Shown here: in pieces, positions 15,084-30,221 of the stretch
How positions within the stretch are numbered: position 1 is the stretch's first letter
Layout: each line of letters starts with the position of its first letter
From: Eledone cirrhosa
Taxonomy: Eukaryota
DNA length: 64,000 bases
Direction: 5' to 3'
Assembly: GCA_964016885.1 (NCBI GenBank)
Contig: OZ024759.1
Span: 31,000,001 to 31,064,000 of the forward strand
The notes under the pieces: generated by a model
Database searches by the model: none
Told to the model about the DNA's origin: nothing
What the model saw: only the letters and a program-made list of their open reading frames with translations
Position numbers and translations under genes: made by a program

Positions 15084-15763
15084 AGAGAATTCTGTTGCCT
15101 AATTATGAGTACACAGCCCATACCAACTGCCACTGTATCCTAAACAAAACGTGCCAGTTTATTATATTATTAAATTGAAGCAGAGGCTTGCTGGCAAAAT
15201 AGGGATTCATTTTAAAGTATTTAAATCACCAATGTCGCTCCCCGTGCAGTTTGCAAGGTATTTCGTGGCTCTCCATTTATCAAGGAAGTAAATTAACATC
15301 AGTTTTAACACGCGTTCAAGTATTGAATACGAATAAAGTCATAGTCACATGCAATCCAGAATATATAAGTATATAGAGAAACTATCAAATAGACACACAT
15401 AAAGAAAGAATATTTAAGCTATATTATTTGAGTTGGTGAATAGAAACTAATGTTTGAACGAGTAAACATTAACCAGAAATTCGATAGGAAGATTCTTTTG
15501 AATACGAAAACTACATTTGGAGTTTATATATATCAGATTCAATCCTCTGTTGGGTTTTCAGAAAGAAATGAAGCTTTATGGCCTTTTATCATATATTGCA
15601 TGTGTACATGAACATGGAAACCACCTCCTATTCAAATCCAATATGTTTCTAAATAAACGACTTCATGACAACATAGTGTGTACAGAGGAACAACTTATAT
15701 GATACGTAAAGTAGCTTTAGTTGTCTTTCGCTCCAAGTCCATATGAATTTTATGGCTTGTGTT

Positions 15764-15828
<65 letters not shown>

Positions 15829-15889
15829 ATATAATATAATATAATATAATATAATATAATATAATATAATATAATAAAATATAATATAA

Positions 15890-16210
15890 ATTTTGCTTAC
15901 CCCAAGCAAGGCAATAAAGCCACTAAAATGCAAGTGTTTACTGAGAAGGGAGAAGGACAAGGCAGAGAAACCATAATTCCAGGCATAGCAATAAAGCTAC
16001 TGAAACGCAAAGGGTCACTACGAAGGTTAAAGGACAAGGCAGGGGGAATATATATCCAAGACGGGTGAGATGATGAGAATTGTTGTTGTTTTTTCTGTTT
16101 TACAAATTGTAGTTAATGATTAGGATAACAAAAAGCGAGAAGAGAATTCCATAAACGAGATGTGCTAGCGAGGAAACTATCGGGATTGAATTTGCGATTG
16201 CAATTAGGAT
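15890..16210 (-). mobile_element. CR1/L2-group LINE 3' end
   Basis: Minus strand translates DSFLASTSRLWNSL, matching the SFxxRTxxLWNSLP C-terminal motif. A presumed 3' UTR follows. Confidence 0.6.
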
Positions 16211-16454
16211 TACAATTGGCTGGTCAAGCTTGAGGATCCAGCTGGATCATTTGGATGCAGTTGCTTCTGACAGGACCCGGTGAAAGGAGTGTTTAAGGAC
16301 GCCCCCCCCCCCCACGACCATCCCAGGAATAGGTGGGCGAAGAAGAAGATAAAGAAGGACTGCAAATGAATGACACCTGGCCACGAATCTGGTGCTCAGG
16401 ATGACGAGGCACCTGAGAAGAAAGATTATTATCAGAATAATTACTATGAAAATA

Positions 16455-16714
16455 TTTTATAAAAGAAGTCAGATTACGCACACACATTGCAAGAGATGTC
16501 AACGTGAATGGACCTATTATTTTTATCTAAAGACTTTGTTTTCCAACTCCATCCTGCCCGTCCCCTTAATCTATTTTATTTCTCATTCTTTCTTCTGATG
16601 AAAGGACTAGCGTCCAAAACGTTAAGACCCTCTTCCTGCTATATCACGCGTTAACCTAATATATCCCTTCCATATACTGTACCTATTGTGTTGTTATTTC
16701 TGTTTACCTTTTAC
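16455..16714 (+). mobile_element. Penelope-like pLTR, family B, minimal hammerhead at 16591-16627 (GAAA mutated to AAAA)
   Basis: tctt-CTGATGA-aaggactagcgtcc-aAAA-cgtt-aaga. Homologous copies near 42.2, 42.8, 44.5, 56.2 and 60.7 kb. Confidence 0.7.
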
Positions 16715-16728
16715 ATATATGTATATAT

Positions 16729-16809
<81 letters not shown>

Positions 16810-16930
16810 TATATATATATACACACATATATATATATATATACACACATACATATATACACACATATATATATGTAAAATGTTTGGTTGCGTGATGTGG
16901 GAGTGTTGGTTTTCGCGAGTAGGTATGGTG

Positions 16931-17023
<93 letters not shown>

Positions 17024-17038
17024 TATATATATATATAT

Positions 17039-17111
<73 letters not shown>

Positions 17112-17182
17112 TATATATATATATATATATCATATATATATATATATAATTATATATATATATATATATATAAATATATATA

Positions 17183-17540
17183 TACGATATTAACAAATGG
17201 AAACTATATTTATAAAACCATATTTATTTCATTATACATATTTCAAGGACGCCAAGTTAAAGGATGGTGTGCTTTCATCAGATAAAATATAATATAGATC
17301 AGTTTTATAAATAAATATTGACATACCCTTAAAGCATGCAACCATTACTGTTGGAAGCTCCTGTTGGAAGTTCCGGGAGCTTCCAACAGTAATGGTTGCA
17401 TGCTTTAAGGGTATGTCAATATTTATTTATAAAATTGATCTATATTATATTTTATCTGATGAAAGCACACCATAATTTAACTTGGTGTCCTTGAAATATG
17501 TATAATGAAATAAATATAGTTTCCATTTGTTAATATCGTA
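17183..17540. repeat. Long palindrome of Penelope-like family D (~170-bp arms, ~13-bp spacer)
   Basis: 17183-17361 is the reverse complement of 17375-17540, with a few substitutions and one indel. Confidence 0.9.
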
Positions 17541-17652
17541 TTTTTACTCCCAATATTTGTTGAGTGCTTTATATCAGTTAGAAAAATATTTGCTTGTTGT
17601 ATCCCAACAATTTAAATAGAACTTTACACACATATATATATATATATGTGTC

Positions 17653-17757
17653 CTACCACTTGTAGAGACCATATTTATTTTTTGATACCCAGATTCCTGA
17701 TGATTTCTAAAGAATGAAACAGTTCTAGTCCTGTAGAATCTCATCTATATTAAAACT
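17653..17757 (+). mobile_element. Penelope-like family A fragment with hammerhead at 17691-17741
   Basis: Hammerhead segment is identical to 672-722. Confidence 0.7.
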
Positions 17758-17758
17758 A

Positions 17759-17826
<68 letters not shown>

Positions 17827-17868
17827 GCGTGCAAACAAACGTTTGTGTGTGAAATAGAGATAGAGAGG

Positions 17869-17908
<40 letters not shown>

Positions 17909-18464
17909 AGAGAGAGAGTGTGTGTGAGGGAGAGTTTGAGTCTAAGTATGAATTAAATATTAACACTATAATACATGCAAGAATGAACATTATAAACTAA
18001 CTTGAAATAGAATCTTTACAAGCAGAAAATACTTTAAAATTTCTACTTGGAAAAAGGCATCGCCTTCGGTAAATACAAAAGTCATTAATTTCACAATCGT
18101 AATGTCAGCTATTTTTATGCTGTAGCGATTTAAACTGCAATATCGGATGTAATTATATAGGGAGTTGAAATACTCCTCCCATTTGTTCGACTTACTGGAA
18201 GTACCAAAAAATATAGCAAATATTTTTGGGCAAAAGAAACAGAAAAAGGAACCGTGTTGAATTTAATTTTTCTAAAAATTTCGAGCAAAAATATATATGT
18301 AAAATAGGAATAAGCTTACATCACAAAGATTGAATATAAATGTGGTAATAAAAAAAGATAAGATATGGAACTGTAATTTATGATTAAAAAACCTTGTATA
18401 TATTTCAAAGAAAAGGAAAAGGAAATTTAAAATATCAATACTCTACATTCTATTCACGATACAG

Positions 18465-18568
<104 letters not shown>

Positions 18569-18659
18569 TTAAACAAGGTTCAATGAATAAATCAAAGAAT
18601 GAGTTTTACAATAGATTGGAAGCACTCAACAGTATGATTCTCCGGAGTTATTAATATTA

Positions 18660-18850
18660 AATCTAAATATTAACAAAAATAGACATTCGTGTGATCAAGT
18701 ATATTTTGTTATACATATCTCAGAGGTACTGAGCTATCTTCAACAGTACGTCCTCATCAGATAGAATAAGATGATGCATGATATACCCTGACGTAGTATA
18801 AAAACATATACTTGATCACACGAATGTCTATTTTTGTTAATATTTTTAAT
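18660..18850. repeat. Inverted repeat (~50-bp arms) around a degenerate minus-strand hammerhead-like core
   Basis: aacaaaaatagacattcgtgtgatcaagtat pairs with atacttgatcacacgaatgtctatttttgtt. Minus strand reads CTGATGA-ggacgtactg..cagtacctct-GAGA. Confidence 0.65.
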
Positions 18851-18852
18851 TA

Positions 18853-18956
<104 letters not shown>

Positions 18957-18964
18957 TATATATG

Positions 18965-19012
<48 letters not shown>

Positions 19013-19017
19013 TATAC

Positions 19018-19049
<32 letters not shown>

Positions 19050-19152
19050 ATGTGCATATATATATGTATATATATGTATATGTATATAGATATGTGTATA
19101 TGTATATATATGTGTGTATATGCATATATATGTGTATATGTATGTGTATATG

Positions 19153-19207
<55 letters not shown>

Positions 19208-19212
19208 ATATA

Positions 19213-19261
<49 letters not shown>

Positions 19262-19286
19262 ATATATGCATATATGTATATATGTG

Positions 19287-19332
<46 letters not shown>

Positions 19333-19427
19333 CATAATATATATATGTGTGTATGTATGTATGTATATATGTATGTCTGTATATGTGTCTATATACATCT
19401 GTATATATATGTAGCTATGTCTGTATA

Positions 19428-19481
<54 letters not shown>

Positions 19482-19505
19482 CAGACATACCTACATATAT
19501 ATACA

Positions 19506-19555
<50 letters not shown>

Positions 19556-19955
19556 TTCTATACATTATTTAGAGAGAGGTTAGGTGAGAAAGTGGCTTTG
19601 CAGAGAGTTGAGCAATGGTGGAGAGGTATAGCCATATTTACAGAGGGAGGAAATAATAATACAGAGAGGAAGACGGCGAAGGGAAAGTTGGATGAGGCTA
19701 TAATAATCTTTGATGTAATCACTTTAGTTATGAAATAATTCATAAACAGTCGTTAATTGTTGCGTGGAGGTATGTATATATATATATAAATACATTGAGC
19801 AACATCGGTGAAGTTGGCACCCTTAACTCACAGTTGGGTGCGGATGCATTCATGTATATATGTGTGTGTCCGCATGTATCTGTGTGTTTCTAAATATATA
19901 AATATATATATATATATATATAATTGTTGCGTGGAGGTATGTATATAAATATATA

Positions 19956-20042
<87 letters not shown>

Positions 20043-20174
20043 TGTGTGTGTGAGTGTATATATATGTATATATATATATTAGTATATATATATATATGTA
20101 TATATGTTTATATATATATATATTTATGTATGTATGTATATATATATATATGTGTGTGTGTGTATATAAATTTG

Positions 20175-20210
<36 letters not shown>

Positions 20211-20354
20211 TGTATGTATATGTATGTGCATATATATATATATATGCATGTAAATATGTATATGTATATATATGTATACATATATGTATATATGTACAGT
20301 GTGAATGTGAGACAGAGACTATTTGTGTGTGTGTGTGGGTGTGTGTGTGTGTGT

Positions 20355-20469
<115 letters not shown>

Positions 20470-20733
20470 GTGTGTGTGTGCGTCCATAAACTTCCAGTGG
20501 ATATTTATGTGTTAATTTCCATTAAATCTCTCCGCGTGATATTTATTGTCAATTGACGTACATACAATATAATGAATGCGAGTAACGTTAATTACGCAGC
20601 ATGAGGACTTTGGAGAATAAAACTTTTAATAGACAGAGAAGGAACTTCCATTATCATACATTGCTAGTAGCCATCAACATTGGTTGTAATTCGCTGTTTT
20701 TCCTAGATCCTAATACCGTATGTCGTTCAGAAT

Positions 20734-20869
<136 letters not shown>

Positions 20870-20886
20870 GTATATGTATATGTATA

Positions 20887-20974
<88 letters not shown>

Positions 20975-21001
20975 GTATGTATGTGTATATGTATATGTAT
21001 A

Positions 21002-21042
<41 letters not shown>

Positions 21043-21052
21043 TATGTATATG

Positions 21053-21136
<84 letters not shown>

Positions 21137-21212
21137 GTATGTATCTGTATATGTATATGTATAATATATATATATGTATATATATATATGTATGTGTATA
21201 TGCATATGTATA

Positions 21213-21245
<33 letters not shown>

Positions 21246-21386
21246 CATACATACATATATATATATACATATATATACCGAGAGATTGTGCGTGTGTGTG
21301 TGCGTGTGTCCCAAAAGATGTGTACACACTTCCGACTGAATTCTAGTAAATATTGCCGTTGCCTGTGTACAGGTAATCAAAGTGTG

Positions 21387-21422
<36 letters not shown>

Positions 21423-21495
21423 CACACACATACATACACACACACATACACATACACATACACATATATATATATATATATACACACACATACAC

Positions 21496-21528
<33 letters not shown>

Positions 21529-21617
21529 CATATACACACACATACATACACACACACATACACATACACATACACATATATATATATATATATACACACA
21601 TACACACACACATACAC

Positions 21618-21658
<41 letters not shown>

Positions 21659-21846
21659 CACACACATATTGTTATACTTGGGGGAAGGTTATATCGTCAT
21701 AATATTGCCAGAAATAATAACAGAACTCATTCACTGTTTTGTTTTGGTTGGTTTTCGCTTCTGTATCTTTTATATCTCCATAGTTACTTTATCCGGCAAT
21801 CAATGTTTATCATTGATTGACCAGCGGTTAAAAATACAGATATAAA

Positions 21847-21879
<33 letters not shown>

Positions 21880-22028
21880 CATTATAAGAAATGAAAAGAA
21901 CTGTGTGGTTACTGTAAACAAAGTTTAAGATAGTAGTATGGACGAAACAAGAGAAGAAAGGAAAGACGAAAAGAGATCCTTCATCAGCTGTAAAACGGAG
22001 ATCAAGATGTTTCGGCGCCTAATATAGT

Positions 22029-22115
<87 letters not shown>

Positions 22116-22460
22116 TATATGAATATGAAAACATGGCATACTGCGTGGTTGCAAATGGGTTACATATGAATAAATTTTGTCCTTCATCAGTGATCTGCCA
22201 ACCTTCATTGGTATTTCATCGCTTTAAAGACCATATACCTCCTGTTGGTGCGAGCAACGGCTAAAGAACGTCGTTGGGACACGTAAATAAGGGGAACAAG
22301 TGAGACTGTAAACAATCAAAGATGGTAATGCTACGAAAAGTGAGGAAGAAGTAGTCAAGTCCCTGAAATCGATTAACTTAAGTCCTGTAAAATCGTGGAC
22401 GAGAGAGAATAAAGACCATCAAACCTGGTCGAAATGTGAGCATGGAAAGAATTTCGCACA

Positions 22461-22516
<56 letters not shown>

Positions 22517-22570
22517 CGGCGATGAATTAGTTTTGCGAAGTTTTTGATATGAAATCGTGTGTCGCAACAA

Positions 22571-22975
22571 ATATTGTTATACTTGGGGAGAGTCATATTT
22601 GTGTAATAATATTGCCAGAATTAATAACAGAACACACTCACTGTTTGGTTGGATTTCGCTTCTGTGTCTTTTATATCGGTTAATTTAATTTATTCGGTCC
22701 TCAATGTTACCATTGACTGGCCAACGGTCAAAAATACAGATACAATATAGACACAAACACATATATATAGTCTAACAAAGTTCTTTCGTTGCACATCTGC
22801 AACATCGTCAGTGGTGCTATTATGTTTCCTCCCGTTGCATTGTATGCTTACGCCATCTTTATTTAGTCTGTTTATTTATTTATTTATTAATTTTTTTGTC
22901 TTCTCTGCCCATGCGTTTGCGTGTGTGTATAGTGTTTTGTTTGATGTGTGTTCGTGTTTGGGTTCAGTTTTGTAT
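22571..22975 (-). mobile_element. Penelope-like pLTR, family C, hammerhead-like core at 22767-22820
   Basis: Minus strand: atagcacca-CTGACGA-t-gttgca(gatg)tgcaac-GAAA-gaactt-tgttagactat. Confidence 0.6.
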
Positions 22976-23391
22976 AAATATATGCATATATACATGAAAG
23001 CATACACATTGTAAGATTGTGTATACCTTATATTTGGGACCATGGACCCTGGGGGACTAATCAATGCTTCCTATGCTTTAAGAAGTATATTTACATATAT
23101 ATATCTTTGCTTAAAATGTATTTTAAATTATATATCAGGAGAAGCAATAACATATTCGTGTTGTACTGGAAATATATTTCAAAATGAAAGATAAAAATAA
23201 ATATAAGGCAAAGGAATCCATAGAGGAAAAAATTATAAAAAGGAAATCTTACAATAAATCAAATCTTGAGCAGATTTTTGATGTATGGAAGATCCTAACA
23301 GTTTCGAAATATCTATTTATTAATAGCTACCTAGATAACTAGTTAGTTAGCTAGCTTGATAGATATCAAGGTTGGTAGGTATATATATATA

Positions 23392-23525
23392 TATTTCGTT
23401 TCTGAATTTGTTTAGCAAGATTCTTTATCTGAAAACGTGTGTTGAAACCGATATTGTTATACTTTGGGAGGGTCATGTTGCCAATAAAAAACACACGCAC
23501 CAGTTGCTTTCACTTCAATTTATTA
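23392..23525 (-). repeat. Dispersed repeat family E (probable Penelope 3' end)
   Basis: Near-identical to 63866-64000. Partial copies at 44630-44757 and 49778-49823. Ends at (TA)n. Confidence 0.6.
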
Positions 23526-23534
23526 TAATAAATT

Positions 23535-24064
23535 TATAAATTTAGGAATTTATAAATTTCCGGTTGGTTGGTTGGTTCTACAACCAGATGATTGTTCATA
23601 TATTGTCAAAGTTATTTCGTCACACATTCTGTGACCTCTTCAATGACTGGGGATTCTTTTCTTTGTTCTGGTTCCTCTCCTTTGTTCTGTCCTACGCCAT
23701 CTTGTTTTTTGTGTGTGTTGTGTGCTTAGTTTGCGCATGTGTTACATCCGGGTGTCTGTGTGTGTTTATATTTGTTTATTTACATGTTACTGGTTGGTTT
23801 TTTGTTCTATGTGCGTGTGTGTTTTCATTTTGTCCTTAATTGTAAGTTGTGATGTTGCTGTTCCATTCATGTTTTCTATTTAATTTTGGTTGGAGTTCAT
23901 TTATGTTTATTGCCTCTGTGATTTGTCTAAACATTGCGTCTTTTCTGTATGTAGATTCTATTTTTATTTCTATGTTCTCTAATTTACCCTTATGTTCTAT
24001 TTTAGCATGTTGGTGGAGTACAGATGATTATTTACTATCTTGAAGCTCTCGCCAGTGTTCATTT
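23535..24064 (-). mobile_element. Penelope-like element 3' part: GIY-YIG endonuclease C-terminus plus pLTR with hammerhead at 23605-23647
   Basis: Minus strand translates EHWRELQDSK*SSVLHQHAKIEHKGKLENIEIKIESTYRKDAMFRQITEAININELQPKLNRKHEW (RxxxEAxxI...PxLN motif). Downstream: gtca-tTGAAGA-g-gtcaca..tgtgac-GAAA-taactt-tgac. Confidence 0.8.
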
Positions 24065-24222
24065 ATATATATATATATATATATATATAATTGTAGAACA
24101 CTGGAGGGTTATATCTCTAGTAGTAGTCGTAGTAGTAGAGTCCATGGGACGAGTTTGATAGAAATAGTTCCACAACAGTTAACTATACCGAGAACAAATG
24201 CTTCATAAATGTTGAGTAACTA

Positions 24223-24292
<70 letters not shown>

Positions 24293-24295
<3 letters not shown>

Positions 24296-24904
24296 CAGGT
24301 CACCAGTTGGTGCTACTGGTAACATGTATCCCAGTACAACCTGTTTCATGGTTGGGTCGTTGGCGACTAAACTGGCAACCCCACCAAGGTTTCTTGGTGA
24401 GGAGGGTGACTTTGGACATCCTGCAGGACTAAAAACAAAACCTGTCAAAGGGCAAAGGAGTTCTTAAGAATTAATGGCCATCCAAAATCACCGGGAGAGA
24501 TGACCCCTTAGCCTTTGTCAAGCCAGAATTCTAGGAGAAGGAAAACTCTGATATAACACCTGCAACCCTGATGGAATCCAATGATGTTGACTTGTTCTTC
24601 TTTTTGGTAAATATCATCTTGGTTAAGAGAGTGGGACTGTCTTTGTGCAGTGCCTTTGCTCACTATAAAAGCTTCACGGCACAGGCATTGCTTTGTATCT
24701 GGAGATCTCTCTGCACTTGTCGTCACATGGTACCATGGGCCCAGCATTATGTGTCAGTAATTGTCACAAGTGTAGTCTTTGTACCAGAGTTTTCAAGTCG
24801 CTGGCTGGACTAAAAAGTCACACTCGTTCAGCGCATCGGTAGGGTTCTCCTACATGGTGGATATAAAGTAGTGGCCGTACTCGAAAACGAGTTGGCAGCC
24901 ACCA
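24293..24904 (+). mobile_element. Discrete ~610-bp TG...CA element, copy 1 (solo-LTR-like)
   Basis: Starts TGTCAGG, ends GCCACCA, TATAAAA at 24664, flanked by (TA)n/(TG)n. Same termini in three copies. Orientation is arbitrary. Confidence 0.75.
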
Positions 24905-24912
24905 TATATATT

Positions 24913-25084
<172 letters not shown>

Positions 25085-25116
25085 CACACATATATTATAT
25101 ATATATATTTTTTTTT

Positions 25117-25176
<60 letters not shown>

Positions 25177-25417
25177 CATTTATGTTCATAAACTGCACAA
25201 AGTATCTAGTATTTCCAGATCCACTTATGACCATTTCCCGAATTTGATTTGTTACAATTTGGGGAGATGGTCATGGTGGGATTCTGAAAGCTTCGTTACC
25301 GCTTTTGTTCAGTGTATGAACATAAATAAATAATATATATATCAGATCTTTTACGTGATTCAGAACTGATTTCATTTTTCACATTCACCGATTTTTTTCT
25401 CTATATATGTGCATATG

Positions 25418-25479
<62 letters not shown>

Positions 25480-25503
25480 TGTGTATGTGTGTGTATGTAT
25501 ATA

Positions 25504-25535
<32 letters not shown>

Positions 25536-25555
25536 CACATATATACATGTATATA

Positions 25556-25616
<61 letters not shown>

Positions 25617-25720
25617 GTATATATAGTATATATATACACATATATATACACATATATATATTCACACACACACATATATATATATATATATACATATATG
25701 TATATATATATATACATATA

Positions 25721-25751
<31 letters not shown>

Positions 25752-25827
25752 GTATACATATATATATATATACATATATATATTATATATACATATGTAT
25801 ATATATACATATATATGTAAATGTATT

Positions 25828-25883
<56 letters not shown>

Positions 25884-25966
25884 GATATATATATAGATAT
25901 ATATGTGTACATAAATATATATATATACTATTTATGTTAGGCTGTTTACCTTTTTTTATATATATG

Positions 25967-26011
<45 letters not shown>

Positions 26012-26791
26012 ATATTAATATACATACATATAGAGAGAGAGGGAGAGTTCTGTTGATATTTGCATCCATAAATGGTGGTGATGAGATCATAGAATGGATG
26101 GGTGGAGGGTGGAGAAGAGCGGAGTGGGTGGGAGAATATAAGAAAAATATGAGAAGATCGTAAAAAAGGGCTACATTAGCGGATAGATTAGCGAAGTAAG
26201 CTATTAGAAAACCGCAGAGACATACTTGGAATGTAAGAAAACTTTGCTACTAATGGCAGCAGATACAACCTAGATGGAGATAGCTAAAAAATTGTATATA
26301 TATATATATATAGTAATAATAATAAATTTGAAGACTAAAATCCAAAGAGGATGAAAGCAGCGATTCTTTGCTTAAACTTTAATCTGTCATTTTAATAAAT
26401 ATATATATATATAGTGTATATATATGTGTGTATATATATGTTTGTGTGTGTATATATGTTTTTGTGTGTGTATGTGTATATATATATATATGTATGCATA
26501 TATGTGTATATATATATATTTTTTTTATATATATATATTTATATATATATATATATATATAGGTAATTATTTCGGGTTGAATCGGAGGTAAACCACAATA
26601 AGTAAGGTATTCAATACATAGCAAGCAGAGTATAACAGTTTTAATATAGATGAGATTCTACAGGACTAGAACTGTTTCATTCTTGAGAAATCATCAGTAT
26701 ATGTATATGTATAGATGTATGTATATATATATATGTATTTATGTATGTACATATGTGCATATGTATATGTCTATATGTGTATATATGTGTA

Positions 26792-26846
<55 letters not shown>

Positions 26847-26848
<2 letters not shown>

Positions 26849-27027
26849 GTTATTCCGGGTTGAATCGGAGGTAACCACAGTAAGTAAGGTACTCAATACA
26901 TAGCAGAGTATAAAAGTTTTAATATAGATGAGATTCTACAGGACTAGAACTGTTTCATTCATTAGAAATCATCAGGAATCCTGATGATTTCTAATGAATG
27001 AAACAGTTCTTGTCCTGTAGAATCTCA

Positions 27028-27032
<5 letters not shown>
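26847..27032. mobile_element. Penelope-like family A copy (-) with an inverted 5' duplication, forming a ~52-bp-arm palindrome
   Basis: 26924-26976 is the reverse complement of 26980-27032 apart from one substitution. Hammerhead cores on both strands. Confidence 0.8.
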
Positions 27033-27070
<38 letters not shown>

Positions 27071-27629
27071 AATTCAAGACACAATCACAGGGAATAATTT
27101 GTACAGAATGTAGGCAGACATAGCTAGGTAGGTAACTAATTAAAGTTTGACTAGAACTTCAAATATACATACCTTTTAAAATGTTGATATGTAATGCTCG
27201 GATCTATTCTTTGCGCTTATTCTACGGTGGATATGGTTCATGTCTCTCAGACATGACAACCATTAATTTTAATTTTGGATATAATTGTGGAAGAAAAACA
27301 AATGTCTACAAATGGCTTACTTGACGACCCAATATTTAAAACTAAAGCCAAAGTTTCACTCAGTAGGATTTCAACTCAGGGCGTGGGGAATGAATGCCAC
27401 CCCAGAGTCTTAATAGCTATGACATTTCACCATGTGTTAAGATTGCTATTTATTTTTTTCCTTTTAGTTAATTTTAAAATATATGCTCGGTATATATAAG
27501 AAAAATAAAACAAAGACCGCAAGGTATATAGATATAAAGGTTATAACGGATTTATATATAAAGATCAGAGGTGTGACTTGGTTGCAAATTTAATGTGTGG
27601 TTGTAGAGATTAGATAAATAAACAGTAAT

Positions 27630-27822
27630 ATAAAAAGAATGGACCACTCTCATCACCATCTGAATCCCAGGGTGTCACAGAAGAAACCGAAGTTGCCAAA
27701 AGACCAAGTGGTGAAACAAAATCGAGAAAATTGAAGGGAAATTGGCCACGAATAGCTCAGGATTAGCAAAGATCCGCAAATCGGGGAAAGCCTTTGTCCA
27801 CCAACGGATTTTCCAAGGGTGA
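27630..27822 (+). mobile_element. Degenerate RTE LINE 3' end
   Basis: Frameshifted translation WTTLITI*IP..HRRNRSCQKTKW...NWPRIAQD...GKAFVHQ resembles the RTE C-terminus (GEAFVxQW). Confidence 0.55.
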
Positions 27823-27964
27823 GGGTGATAAATAGGTTAGTAAAATTGTGCTAGGGGTGGTGGTAAGACATTTTAATTTCGCTATCGAAGGAGATTTTAA
27901 AATGTAGAAGGAAAACTAAATACGAAGCAAAACTCAATTCGGAGATTTCAGAATTACGATGATA

Positions 27965-28297
27965 ACTCCGGCCATGTTTCGGGCGTATTAAACTTCTTCA
28001 AGATTTCGTGGCAAAGACACACCACCAACAAAGTTCTTTAATTCGAGTTTCAGCGAATATTCGGTACCGTCGCTTGGCTGTTGCTGGTCTGGTTTCCCAC
28101 CATGATGAACCTGTAAAGAAACTTCTTCTCTGGTCACCCCAGATGTAAAACACCGAGTAGAATGTCCAATCATAACAATCGAGATTCTGGTGGCGAGGGA
28201 TACCGGCCTCACTCTACAGGATTTTTATGCTCCGATGAGAGTTCGGAAAGTTTGGTACAAGAACTTTGCGCAGGCTTCATCTTCCTTTGGGGGATAA
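27965..28297 (+). mobile_element. Degenerate RTE LINE 3' region
   Basis: Plus strand gives SWQRHTTNKVL, RRLAVAGLVSHHDEPVKKLLLWSP and ARDTGLTLQDFYAPMRVRKVW. Confidence 0.65.
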
Positions 28298-28932
28298 CTC
28301 AAGAAGGAGGAGAACAACAATAACAAAACTCCTTCCTTAGAGAAACATTGTCTAACTGTATCTCATTACGAATGTAATTACAATTAATTATTTTGGCGCA
28401 CTATAATATGAATGAGTGCATTAACACTCACAGGCAAACAAGTAATTTGGCAGTATGCTTGTGTAATCGCTTTATATATATATATATATAATTTTATATA
28501 ATTAATAGCAACCGTGTAGTTATTGATTCTCAAGTATTTACCAGTCCCTCGGGCATTCCAAATAATTACGATACATTCCACTATAGATATTTTTATTACG
28601 CTTATAGTTTCGTTCCGTTGTTTTTTTTCTTCGTTTCATTTTTTTTTTTTATGGAGTTGTGGAGTTGGGTTTTTTTTTTCGTCTATTTTATCATTCATTG
28701 TACATCCCACATGGTATATCTTGACTTAATATATTCTCTCCATATTTTTGGATTTCTAATGATACTGCTAGGTTTTTCACGGCGATGTTATTTTAAATGA
28801 TGTTTCCAAATATATTATTTGCTTCACGTACGACGTTCCTGATTAAGGAAGTACAAATGTTTTTCAAAGTATCTCATTTTCGTATATATATATATATATA
28901 TATGTATGTATATATATATATATATATTTATG

Positions 28933-28981
<49 letters not shown>

Positions 28982-29038
28982 ATACATATTAAATATATAT
29001 ATATATACATATATATATACATATATATATATATACAT

Positions 29039-29104
<66 letters not shown>

Positions 29105-29845
29105 AAATGGGGAGAAGAATACTGCAGGTTGCACATGGATAACATGTTATAAAATGGTTCCCTCATCAGTGATTTGCCAACGATCATAGATATTTCATTG
29201 CATTAAAAATCATATACCTCACGTTGGCGCAATAATAACTAAATTAAGTTATTAGGACAATTAAAACGCGTAAAGCGAGGGAGACAAGTAACAACAAAGA
29301 GGAAAGCTAACCGTAGATAGGAAGGGAACAAGCTACATAGTTATTCTGAGCGCTTAGAAAAAAGACCTTTCGAGATGAATCCAAATGTAAGAAAGAAGGA
29401 AAATGTATTCGTCGCGAACGGGGTGAAGTGAGAAGGGGAGAAACAGTGAGTGAGTGAGTGGAAGTGTGAGAAGAGTTAACTGACATGACAGAGGGGGCGA
29501 AAGAAAGTAGGAGAAACAGAGAGAACGAGGGAGCAGTAAGAGAGAGAGAGAGAAAAACAGAATCGCAGTTTAGGTAAATATATGTGAAAAAAGTATATAC
29601 TTTCGAACGTTCAACTATCTGGCAGATGGGTAAACGGTGCTGATGATAGCTAACAAGCTTGAAACTAGTACATCGTTCCTGTGTCAGTGTTGAACAAAAA
29701 GGTGACGTGGTTGCCTTAACACCGTATGGCATAAATTCAGGCTGTTCGGTTTGTTGACAAACAAACGAACAAAGCGACGTTATAATAAACGTCGGCTAAA
29801 CTGATGCGTGCATATATGTATGTGTACCTGTATGCATATGTGTTA

Positions 29846-29878
<33 letters not shown>

Positions 29879-30062
29879 GCATGCTACTGTACGTCTGTAT
29901 ACATATATGTATGTACGTATACATACATACTTACATTTAAGTAAGTGCCATACTAAGAGTGAGAAAATGAAATTTCGTTTTCATTTTTTTCAACTTATAT
30001 ATATATATATATATATATATACATACATACACACATATATATATATATATATATACATATAT

Positions 30063-30095
<33 letters not shown>

Positions 30096-30221
30096 TATAT
30101 ACATATATATATATACATGTATATATATATATATATACATACATATATATGCATGCATACATATACGTACATATATATTTATATACTTATATATATATAT
30201 ACATACACATATATATATATA

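Noticed and set aside
24293-24390. HDV-like ribozyme at the start of the 610-bp element
   Set aside because: A CUAA motif and a P2-like pairing exist, but the P3 loop is only 3 nt and P1 is inconsistent between copies.
24282-24813. Short ORFs repeated in three places (MLGPWYHV..., M(E/V)SNDVDL..., RSPVGATG...)
   Set aside because: They recur only because the 610-bp element is young. They overlap on both strands and show no recognisable domain.
27988-28212. Minus-strand 74-aa ORF (similarly 46662-47159)
   Set aside because: These are antisense shadows of plus-strand RTE fragments.
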